Assembly: GCA_024640445.1 (NCBI GenBank)
Contig: JAHEEZ010000002.1
Location: 1 to 36,899 of the forward strand
Direction of reading: 5' to 3'
Source: Acidobacteriota bacterium
GTDB taxonomy: Bacteria; Acidobacteriota; Blastocatellia; Pyrinomonadales; Pyrinomonadaceae
DNA: 36,899 bases
Program-made: the position numbers and the translations under genes
Shown: positions 9,465-16,969 of the stretch, piece after piece
Position numbering within the stretch: position 1 is the stretch's first letter
How the letters are laid out: every line of letters begins with the position of its first letter
Notes under the pieces: generated by a model
Database searches by the model: none
Told to the model about the DNA's origin: nothing
The model's input: only the letters and a program-made list of their open reading frames with translations

Positions 9465-10316
9465 CTAGCCCGCGGTGTTGTCACCGCCTTCCGTATTTCC
9501 CGGTGCAGTGTTGCCAACTCCATCTCCTTCAATAGCGATCTTTCCGGACTCGAGTGTCTTCCGGATGTTTTCCTTGTTTATCTCAAAATCAAAACCGTTC
9601 TTGCGCCAGCTTTCCGGCGGAATCGGAGTCTCGATCTTTTGATCGTTCAGGGTTATCTGGACCGTGTCAGCGAGTCCCTTGTAATAACTCACTTTCACGC
9701 TGTCAGTTGCCTCAGTCTCCCACGGATTGCCGGGCTTAACCACGAAGGAACCCAACTTTCCGTCCACGGTCGACTGGATCGAAAGTTCGGCAGCAGAAGT
9801 GCCGATCTTAAGCTTGATTCCGTCAATATTTGGCAGTGGCGACTTCTGAGGTGAAGGCGCCGTCGAGTTTGTCGCTGTCGTTTTTGAGCCGGGCGAATCG
9901 TCCGAGGCAGGCGAGGACGGAGCCGAAAGATAATTGACCAGCAACATCACTCCCCATGCAAGAAGGCCGAGGATTACGACTGAAAAAATGATTGTTGGTA
10001 TCAGTGGAGGCCCGCTTCTATCGTCGGTAAGGACTTCAGGTTTGTATTTAGCGTGCTTCTCATCTTCCGCGGCTTCTTGCAAAGCCGCGATTCTGGCGTA
10101 TGACGCCAAGGCCTCTCCTTCGTCTACGCCCACGTACTTTGCAAACGATTTGATAAAGCCCTTGTTGAATATTCCGCCGGGAAGTGGACCGTAATCGTCA
10201 TTCTCGATCGATTGAAGATACAGCGCTGATATGCGGGTCTGCTCGGCGACCTCGCTGATCGAAATCTCGCGATCCTCCCGAGCCTTCCGCAGCTTTTCCC
10301 CCAAAGATTCAGCCAT
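9465..10316 (-). CDS. rodZ: RodZ-like cytoskeleton/shape protein (HTH domain, single TM, DUF4115-like C-terminus)
   Basis: N-terminal XRE-type HTH LGEKLRKAREDREISISEVAEQTRISALYLQSIENDDY...GFIKSFAKYVG. One TM (PTIIFSVVILGLLAWGVMLLV), a Ser/Pro linker and a beta-rich C-terminal domain. Confidence 0.75.
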   Translation of the reverse strand: MAESLGEKLRKAREDREISISEVAEQTRISALYLQSIENDDYGPLPGGIFNKGFIKSFAKYVGVDEGEALASYARIAALQEAAEDEKHAKYKPEVLTDDRSGPPLIPTIIFSVVILGLLAWGVMLLVNYLSAPSSPASDDSPGSKTTATNSTAPSPQKSPLPNIDGIKLKIGTSAAELSIQSTVDGKLGSFVVKPGNPWETEATDSVKVSYYKGLADTVQITLNDQKIETPIPPESWRKNGFDFEINKENIRKTLESGKIAIEGDGVGNTAPGNTEGGDNTAG

Positions 10317-10464
10317 TTTTACTTGTTCCGGCCCGTGTCTGACGAGCGATCCGACTTCAGCGACAAAGGGGAAATATATCGTTAAAATCGCAATAATGTC
10401 AATTCTTTACAGGAATTTAGGCGTCGGGGATTTGGCTTGATTAATTGCCGAAAGGCGTGTTACG

Positions 10465-10495
10465 TTTACACGATACCCGTTTCTTGTAATAGAAT
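10465..10495 (+). promoter_or_regulatory. Candidate sigma70-like promoter for the BMC-H gene
   Basis: TTTACA (10465-10470), then TAATAG at a 16-nt spacing or TAGAAT at a 19-nt spacing. GAGGA Shine-Dalgarno 8 nt upstream of ATG 10530. Confidence 0.3.
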
Positions 10496-10529
10496 CAGCA
10501 TTCAATCAAAAACAGCGAGGAATTCATAG

Positions 10530-10910
10530 ATGACTCTGGAAGCACTTGGCATGGTCGAAACGAAGGGTTTCGTCGGAGCCGTTGAGGCGGCAGACGCGAT
10601 GGTAAAAGCGGCCAATGTCACGCTTATCGGCAAGGAATACATTGGCGCCGGATATGTCACGATCTTTGTCCGCGGAGATGTCGGAGCGGTGAAAGCGGCG
10701 ACCGATGCCGGAGCCGCAGCGGCGAGGCGGGTAGGAGAGCTAATCTCTGTACACGTGATCCCGAGACCCCACGCGGAGGTGGAAGAGGTGCTTCCCGGAA
10801 AAGCGATCACACAGGGAAAGTCGATCCGAGGCGCGCAGGGCGCGCTGGGTTCCGGCGCTGACTCCCCGGCTGCTACCAAGGCAGCCCAGTCAAAGTCAAA
10901 ATCCAAGTAA
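10530..10910 (+). CDS. Bacterial microcompartment shell protein, BMC-H (PduA/EutM/CcmK type) with a ~37-aa basic low-complexity C-terminal tail
   Basis: Canonical PF00936-type sequence [78 protein letters not shown]. The tail ends in SKSKSK. Confidence 0.9.
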   Translation: MTLEALGMVETKGFVGAVEAADAMVKAANVTLIGKEYIGAGYVTIFVRGDVGAVKAATDAGAAAARRVGELISVHVIPRPHAEVEEVLPGKAITQGKSIRGAQGALGSGADSPAATKAAQSKSKSK

Positions 10911-10916
10911 TGCCAT

Positions 10917-10970
10917 GCCCGGCCACCGCCTTGCGCATTCGCGCCTGCGAGCGGCGAGCCGGGCTTTTTG
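10917..10970 (+). terminator. Intercistronic terminator/attenuator-like hairpin between the shell gene and the AldDH gene
   Basis: GCCCGGC (10917-10923) pairs with GCCGGGC (10958-10964). An inner CCGC/GCGG stem extends it, and TTTTTGGCCCTTTTGG follows. Confidence 0.45.
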
Positions 10971-10997
10971 GCCCTTTTGGGCCCCTCGACATCATCA

Positions 10998-12716
10998 ATG
11001 ACGGACAAGGACCTGGTTTCGCAGCAAGAAGCAAGAGACGCGGTTGAGGCAGCGCATCTTGCTTTTCTTGAGTTAGCGCGGTTTGACCAGAACAAAATAG
11101 ACGGTATTTGCGAGGCTATGGCGAACGCGGCGCTGGCCGAGGCGGCGCGTCTGGGTCAGGTTGCGTTCGATGAAACGGGCTTCGGAGTTGCGGACGACAA
11201 GAGAGAGAAGAACCGTTTTGCGGCAGAAGACGTCTGGAACTATTTCAAAGGGCTGAAGACGGTCGGCGTGGTCCGGGATAACGGCGACGTGGTTGAGATC
11301 GCCGCACCGAGGGGAGTCGTCGCGGGCATCATCCCATCCACCAACCCAACCTCAACTGCGATCTTCAAGATCATTATTGCTGTAAAATCCAGAAATTCGA
11401 TAGTCCTCTCGCCGCATCCTTCAGCCGCCAACTGCATCGCCGAAACCGCTCGTGTGATGGTTGCCGCCGGAATTGAGGCGGGTTTGCCCAGGGACGCCGT
11501 GCAGTGTCTTGTCTCTTCGACGATCGAAGGCACTGAAACGCTGATGAAGCACAAGCTCACGGCGGTGATCCTTGCGACTGGAGGTATCGGCCTCGTCAGG
11601 GCCGCATATTCCTCGGGCAAGCCGGCATTCGGCGTCGGGCCGGGAAACGTTCCGGTTTACGTCGAAAGTTCTGCCGATCTGGAAAAGGCAGCATCTGACA
11701 TTCTCACGGGAACATGTTTTGACAACGGGACCATTTGCGCGTCTGAGCAGTCGGTCGTCGTCGATTCCTCGGTGGAAAAAGCCCTCCGTGCGGAATTCGA
11801 GGCTCGAGGCGGACATTTCCTGTCACCATCTGAGGCTGACCAGATCGCCAAGGTTCTATTGACCCCCCAGCGGACTCTGAACTCGAAGATAGTGGGGAAA
11901 CCCGCCGTTCATATTGCAGAACTCGCAGGAGTTTCGGTTCCGGCAGGAACACGATGCCTGATCGCGGATTGTGGTGGCGTGGGCCGTGATTTTCCCTGGT
12001 CTATCGAGAAACTTTCGCCCACGCTCGCCTTCTTCGTTGTAGAGGGCGTTGAGGCCGCGTCCGCCAGATGCGAGGAGATACTTCGTTTTGGGGGGATGGG
12101 GCACACTGCGGGAATGCATACCCGGGACCGGGCCGCGGCGATCAGATACGGATCTCGGATGCCCGCGGCGAGGATCGTGATCAATTCGCCGACTACGCAC
12201 GGGGCCATAGGGTTTTCGACCGCGCTGCCGCCTTCGATGACACTCGGGTGTGGCTCTTGGGGCGGTAACGTGACTTCGGACAACGTTTCGCCGCACCACC
12301 TTATGGATATCAAGCGGGTAGCGTTCGAGACCCGGTCGGTTGTCTCTGACAAAGCTGCTGAAAGGAGTTCTTTCCGGACGGACCAGCCAGGCACTCCCGT
12401 GCCGGCGAGAAAAATAGAACGCAGCGAGATCGCGTCGATCGTCGACGAGTTCCTAAGCAGGAAGCTCGCAGAAGCACCGCCGGAACCCGTTGGGGGCCGG
12501 ATGGAGGCGGAATCTTCTAAACAGGCGGTAATACATGAGGTCGCTTCGAAAACAGCGGAAGGTGGATCAAGGAAGAGTCCAGTCGATTTCGTCAGCGAGG
12601 ACGATGTGAAGATCGCGGTTTCCAAAGGCGAAAAGATCTACGTAAACAAGAAGACGATCATAACTCCGGCCGCAAGGGACCTGGGCGGCCAGCATGAGGT
12701 TTTCGCAGAGGTCTGA
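10998..12716 (+). CDS. CoA-acylating aldehyde dehydrogenase (AdhE N-terminal-domain type) with a ~130-aa non-ADH C-terminal extension
   Basis: Blocks shared with the AdhE ALDH half: [53 protein letters not shown] (Cys codon 11736-11738), [21 protein letters not shown] 10998 is preferred; the track start at 10968 is a TTG. Confidence 0.88.
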   Translation: MTDKDLVSQQEARDAVEAAHLAFLELARFDQNKIDGICEAMANAALAEAARLGQVAFDETGFGVADDKREKNRFAAEDVWNYFKGLKTVGVVRDNGDVVEIAAPRGVVAGIIPSTNPTSTAIFKIIIAVKSRNSIVLSPHPSAANCIAETARVMVAAGIEAGLPRDAVQCLVSSTIEGTETLMKHKLTAVILATGGIGLVRAAYSSGKPAFGVGPGNVPVYVESSADLEKAASDILTGTCFDNGTICASEQSVVVDSSVEKALRAEFEARGGHFLSPSEADQIAKVLLTPQRTLNSKIVGKPAVHIAELAGVSVPAGTRCLIADCGGVGRDFPWSIEKLSPTLAFFVVEGVEAASARCEEILRFGGMGHTAGMHTRDRAAAIRYGSRMPAARIVINSPTTHGAIGFSTALPPSMTLGCGSWGGNVTSDNVSPHHLMDIKRVAFETRSVVSDKAAERSSFRTDQPGTPVPARKIERSEIASIVDEFLSRKLAEAPPEPVGGRMEAESSKQAVIHEVASKTAEGGSRKSPVDFVSEDDVKIAVSKGEKIYVNKKTIITPAARDLGGQHEVFAEV

Positions 12717-12760
12717 TCCCTATTCGAGGTTAGTCTAAGTCCATTCAGGGCGTATCTGAG

Positions 12761-13219
12761 ATGTCTCAAACCCCGGCTCATAAACCTGTTTGTTCCGAAT
12801 GCGGTTCCGAAACCCTCGGCCCGGCGCTTTTCTGTTTCCATTGCGGCGCCCGGCTTGGAAGCGATGCGACCGAAACTGAGACGGGAGCGAAAGCGGGGTC
12901 TGATCTGGAGTCCGTAGATATTACCGGGAAGGCGATAGCTCCGCCGCCGGGCGACCCGTTTACAGCTACAGCGGATGTAGGATCCGACTTGGCCGTTGAA
13001 GAAGTGGCATTGCAGGATGAAAATCTTGAACCGAGCATGGATTCGGGCATGGCCACCGCGTCAACGCTGCGAAAGAACCCTGGAGTCATGAGGATGCGCC
13101 GGGTTGAGGTGCGATGGGCGTCAAACGAGGGGTCACCGAACATCTGGTTTATCGTCGCTTCGATCGTGCTTTTCGCACTGGTGTTCGGCGTTTTTCTATT
13201 GTCGATGATCCTCAGGTAG
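12761..13219 (+). CDS. Zinc-ribbon protein with an acidic disordered middle and a C-terminal TM anchor, function unknown
   Basis: CSECGS...CFHCGARL (CxxC-x13-CxxC) at the N-terminus. C-terminal TM IWFIVASIVLFALVFGVFLLSMIL. Strong terminator downstream. Confidence 0.55.
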   Translation: MSQTPAHKPVCSECGSETLGPALFCFHCGARLGSDATETETGAKAGSDLESVDITGKAIAPPPGDPFTATADVGSDLAVEEVALQDENLEPSMDSGMATASTLRKNPGVMRMRRVEVRWASNEGSPNIWFIVASIVLFALVFGVFLLSMILR

Positions 13220-13241
13220 AATCGGGAATCTAATGAAAATG

Positions 13242-13276
13242 AAAGGGCAGACGATCGAATCGTCTGCCCTTTCTTC
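13242..13276. terminator. Bidirectional hairpin terminator between convergent genes
   Basis: GGGCAGACGA (13245-13254), loop TCGAA, TCGTCTGCCC (13260-13269). T-runs follow on both strands. Confidence 0.65.
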
Positions 13277-13292
13277 GTGAAATTCCGATAAA

Positions 13293-14396
13293 TTAACGGT
13301 TTGCAGGTCTCAGGCTTGGTCCGGCATTGTCCTTCTTTGGTACGACAAGACCGGTTCTCGTGATTGCTATCCTCTTTTGTTTGTCAGTTCCTTCCTTCAC
13401 AACAACCTTAATGTTCCTGTAAGCGCCTTCAGGCTTTGTGTCGTCGGGCAAGTAACCGATCGAGTATTGCGTTCGAAGTTCGCTCGCGATGTCCCCTGCG
13501 ATCGTATTCAGCTCAGACAGGTCGTTCGGGAAGTATGACTTTCCGCCCGTCTCTTCAGCCAGTTTTTCAAGAAAGCTCCTCGCGCGTTTTTGAGGACTCT
13601 TTCGGACAAAACCGCCTTCCTTGTCCAGTTCGTTCACAAATCCTACGGTATATATCTGAACATCCGCCTCCCTCAACAGATCGAACAACTGTTCTTCCTT
13701 GTAATAGCTAGCGCGGTCTTCACCGTCAGAAACGAGGATGAGGGCCCTGCGCTTCCTATCTTCGGGAGCCTGGCTTCTCTCGTATTCGTCGACCTTTTCT
13801 GCGGCGAGATACACGGCGTCAATTATCGCCGTCTGCCCGCCTTCGATGTACATGTTGTCCAGCGCGTCGAAAAGTTCGTTCTTGTCCGTCGTAAAATCCT
13901 GAAGGATCTCGATCTTGTTAGAGCTGACAAATCTCACAACGCCTGTCTCATCATCCGGTCTGTTCGTCTCGACGATGATCTTGCTCGCCTCGATCACCTT
14001 TTCAAGCTGAAACCTCAGAGATCCGGAATTGTCTATAACGAGCGCGTAATTTGTAGGGACCTCCGACTGAGAAAAGAAAGATATTGGCTGGGCGCGTCCG
14101 TCCTCGAAAACAGTGAAATCATCCTTGCTAAGATTTGCGATCGGTCGATTGAACCTGTCGACGACCCTAACGTTCAGGTTCACGAGCTCCGTGTCGATAA
14201 TGAGCGGTGAATCGTCTTCCTTCGGAAGAGGAGGCGGGGGAGGCGGTATAAGTGGTCCGTCCGGAGGAGTCGCCGACGGCGATGGAGACCCAGGGGACGT
14301 CTGCGCGCTCACCTTGTCCGGGACCAGAGAGGCGGTCAGGAAAACCAAGGTGGCAAAGGACAGAATAACCAGTGATAGGAAAAAGGATCGTTTCAT
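13293..14396 (-). CDS. Secreted VWA-domain protein (acidobacterial VWFA-related family, TIGR03436-like)
   Basis: Signal peptide MKRSFFLSLVILSFATLVFL, Pro-rich linker, MIDAS motif DNSGS, then TAIIDA and VSDGEDR, and the family-typical C-terminus YSIGY...YRNIKVVV. Start moved to ATG 14396; the longer ORF would overlap the upstream paralog. Confidence 0.8.
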   Translation of the reverse strand: MKRSFFLSLVILSFATLVFLTASLVPDKVSAQTSPGSPSPSATPPDGPLIPPPPPPLPKEDDSPLIIDTELVNLNVRVVDRFNRPIANLSKDDFTVFEDGRAQPISFFSQSEVPTNYALVIDNSGSLRFQLEKVIEASKIIVETNRPDDETGVVRFVSSNKIEILQDFTTDKNELFDALDNMYIEGGQTAIIDAVYLAAEKVDEYERSQAPEDRKRRALILVSDGEDRASYYKEEQLFDLLREADVQIYTVGFVNELDKEGGFVRKSPQKRARSFLEKLAEETGGKSYFPNDLSELNTIAGDIASELRTQYSIGYLPDDTKPEGAYRNIKVVVKEGTDKQKRIAITRTGLVVPKKDNAGPSLRPANR

Positions 14397-14431
14397 TAGT
14401 GCTTTGGCGGTTCCCGAAGGCCGCGTGAATT

Positions 14432-15424
14432 CTAACGGACAGTGATTCGCGGTGTTGCGTAGTAGCCTTCTCGATTGCGGACCGTTAGACGCGGCAATCC
14501 TCTTGGAGGTTTGACCTTCACTTTGACGCGGTGCCATTTTCCATCCGGCTCGAAGCCTTTGGGCGTGTATCCGATCGAATACTGGTGCCTCAGCTCAAGC
14601 GCAATACGCTCGAAGATCTCATCCATTTCGACAGCTGAGGTTGGATAAAAGGACTTTCCGCCCGTGACGCCGGAGAGTTCATCCAGAAAAGCCTGTCCCT
14701 GAAGACCTTCTTGAGAGGAAACGTCGCGACCGTCCATTATTCCTACCGAATAGATCACAACGTCCGATTCCTTCATCAGACGGCGAACTTCCTTGAAATT
14801 GTAACGCGATGCATTGTCCTGACCGTCGCTGATTATCAGAAGCGCCTTCTTCTGATGAGTACCGCGGGTTACCCGCTCAACTCCCAGATAACACGCGTCA
14901 TACAGCGCGGTGTTATTCTTGGGTTCGACGAGGGTGAGTTTGTTCAGCACCGCCTCGCCGTCCCGAGTCCGATCCATCAGAAGCTGGGCCCGTTTGTTGA
15001 AGGCGATCAGATAGTATTCGTCGCGGGGATGGCTGGTGTTTATGAACCTCTCCAGTGCGTTTCTGGCTTTCAAAATCTTTTCTCCGCTCATCGAGCCGGA
15101 GACATCGAACAGGATCCCGATCGAAACAGGCGCGTCATCATCACTAAAAAAGGTGATCTCCTGTTTCTCCTTGTCGTCATATATAGTGAAAGCTTCTTTG
15201 GTAAGTCCGGAGACGTAACGACCGTAATAATCGGTCACAGTCAGGGTTAGGGTCACCAGATCCGTTTCGACTGTGATCTCGGGTTTGTTCTCAACACCCT
15301 GAACAGGGGGCGTTGGAGTGGTTTCCTGGGCCAGGAGCACGGGAGCTGATAAAACGAGGATGAGAAAAATCAGACAAAGCCGAGCATAGGGTTGGCCCCG
15401 GCCTTGAACATTACTAAAAGCCAT
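14432..15424 (-). CDS. Secreted VWA-domain protein (acidobacterial VWFA-related family, TIGR03436-like), tandem paralog
   Basis: Signal peptide LCLIFLILVLSAPVLLAQE, MIDAS DVSGS, then TALYDA and ISDGQDN, and C-terminus YSIGYTP...WHRVKVKVK...REGYYA. Confidence 0.85.
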   Translation of the reverse strand: MAFSNVQGRGQPYARLCLIFLILVLSAPVLLAQETTPTPPVQGVENKPEITVETDLVTLTLTVTDYYGRYVSGLTKEAFTIYDDKEKQEITFFSDDDAPVSIGILFDVSGSMSGEKILKARNALERFINTSHPRDEYYLIAFNKRAQLLMDRTRDGEAVLNKLTLVEPKNNTALYDACYLGVERVTRGTHQKKALLIISDGQDNASRYNFKEVRRLMKESDVVIYSVGIMDGRDVSSQEGLQGQAFLDELSGVTGGKSFYPTSAVEMDEIFERIALELRHQYSIGYTPKGFEPDGKWHRVKVKVKPPRGLPRLTVRNREGYYATPRITVR

Positions 15425-15579
15425 AAAGTCTCCTAACTACCTTGTTCTTCCAAATACTAAGGAACCTTGTAACCTGATGCAAGATAAATCTTACGATGTG
15501 ACCACTTCGGTATGCGTTGTTCGGCCAGGTTTTTTCCTGGCAACACTTGAATCCTGCAACTTTTTGACGACGTTTGGCG

Positions 15580-15588
15580 TGCTATAAT
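15580..15588 (+). promoter_or_regulatory. Extended -10 promoter candidate for the secretion operon
   Basis: TGcTATAAT (TG 15580-15581, TATAAT 15583-15588), about 100 nt upstream of the gspF ATG. No good -35 at a 17-nt spacing. Confidence 0.35.
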
Positions 15589-15686
15589 CCTTTGAACCTC
15601 CGCCTTCCGCCGAGGGACGACCTGTCTCCCTCAATCCTGAAGGTGAAAATGGTTCTGACGCGGGTCCTTTCAATTCCATTATAAAT

Positions 15687-16922
15687 ATGGCCGAATTCAT
15701 TTGTCGTTTGGGTACGCAGTCCGGTGAGGTAGTCACGCGGGTGGTCGAGGCCGCCAGTGACAAGGATGCGCGCACCCAGCTTGAGGAGGAAGGTTTTCGG
15801 GTTTTTCGAATCGCCGCGGCCGGCAGCGGCCTTAGCGCCGTACTGTCCGGACGAAGCGTTTCAAACAAGGGGCGGGTTAAACAGAACGACTTTCTGCTTT
15901 TCAATCAGCAGTTTTCAGCACTTCTTCGAGCAGGCATACCGGTTCTTCAATCGATTGGACTCCTTCAACAACGATCTCCGTCAGGGACACTAAGATTAAT
16001 TCTCGCTGATGTCGAAGAGAAGATCAGAAGCGGCATTCCGCTTTCAGAGGCTTTTGAATCGCAAGGAGTCTTCCCCAAGATATATACGGCTTCGCTCCTC
16101 GCCGGTGAACAGAGCGGGGCCCTCGATGACGTTCTTGCCCGGTATGTTCATTACCTGAGAAGAAGTGTCGCGATCGCGCGCAAATTGAGGGGAGCGCTCG
16201 CCTATCCGCTCTTCCTTATGACGGCCGCTTCGCTGATGGTCGCATTCCTGGTGCTCTACGTGATCCCAAGGATGTCGGAACTGTTCAAAGGACTAAACAC
16301 TTCTCAAAGCCTTCCCACGGTTACTGTTGTCGTCCTCGCCATCTCAACAGCGTTGGCGAAGAACATATGGTGGGTGATCCCGTTGCTGATAGTTTCTGCG
16401 ATCGCCCTTTATTTCTGGCTTCGCACTCCTTCCGGCAGACTGGTTCTGGATAACATTCTGCTGAGATTGCCTCTCGGCGGGACCCTGATAAGGCAGATGG
16501 CAACAGCTCAGCTTGCCCGATCCCTTTCGACTTTGATCTCCGGAGGACTTACGGTACCTGAAAGCTGGGATATCGCGTCACAGGCGATCGGGAACTCGGA
16601 GCTTCGAAGGAGAAGCCAGTCAGTGCTTCCCTTGATACGTGAGGGGCGGATGTTCACTGATGCGCTCGCTCAAGCGAACTGGATGCCGGAACTGGCGCTT
16701 GACATGATCGGGATCGGTGAAGGGTCAGGAAGCCTTCGGGAAATGCTCGATGAGGTGGCGAACTTCTATGACGCGGAATCAGAAGTAAGACTAGAACAGC
16801 TGACGACGCTGCTCGAGCCGGTAATACTGGTGATGATGGCCGGCATTGTTGTGGTAATACTCCTCGCCATCTATTTGCCAATTATTCAAACGATTGCTGC
16901 CGGTCCGTACGGCGCGAGATAG
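15687..16922 (+). CDS. gspF: Type II secretion / type IV pilus platform protein (GspF/PilC family)
   Basis: 411 aa with duplicated T2SSF-type domains and three TM segments. N-terminus MAEFICRLGTQSGEVVTRVVEAASDKDARTQLEEEGFRVFRI is typical of GspF. Confidence 0.9.
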   Translation: MAEFICRLGTQSGEVVTRVVEAASDKDARTQLEEEGFRVFRIAAAGSGLSAVLSGRSVSNKGRVKQNDFLLFNQQFSALLRAGIPVLQSIGLLQQRSPSGTLRLILADVEEKIRSGIPLSEAFESQGVFPKIYTASLLAGEQSGALDDVLARYVHYLRRSVAIARKLRGALAYPLFLMTAASLMVAFLVLYVIPRMSELFKGLNTSQSLPTVTVVVLAISTALAKNIWWVIPLLIVSAIALYFWLRTPSGRLVLDNILLRLPLGGTLIRQMATAQLARSLSTLISGGLTVPESWDIASQAIGNSELRRRSQSVLPLIREGRMFTDALAQANWMPELALDMIGIGEGSGSLREMLDEVANFYDAESEVRLEQLTTLLEPVILVMMAGIVVVILLAIYLPIIQTIAAGPYGAR

Positions 16923-16969
16923 ATCAGGCGAGTCGAACGGATACGGTCCGACGCGCATCAACAAACGAA

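Noticed and set aside
10502-11095. 197-aa antisense ORF covering the BMC-H gene and spacer
   Set aside because: Ala/Ser-rich shadow of the Ala/Gly-rich BMC-H frame. The BMC-H reading is unambiguous.
11909-12625. 238-aa antisense ORF inside the AldDH gene
   Set aside because: Shadow ORF opposite a strongly supported ALDH domain, with no recognisable features.
10530-13219. Complete PVM/EUT/PDU-type metabolosome locus
   Set aside because: No BMC-P, BMC-T, PduL/Pta, aldolase, ADH, lyase or regulator genes occur in or around the pair within this window.
14397-14537. N-terminal extension of the downstream VWA ORF (track start 14537)
   Set aside because: It would overlap the upstream paralog by about 100 nt and precede the obvious signal peptide that starts at ATG 14396.
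15491-15904. 137-aa minus-strand ORF spanning the divergent intergenic region and the gspF start
   Set aside because: It overlaps the well-supported gspF N-terminus and the promoter region, and has no features.
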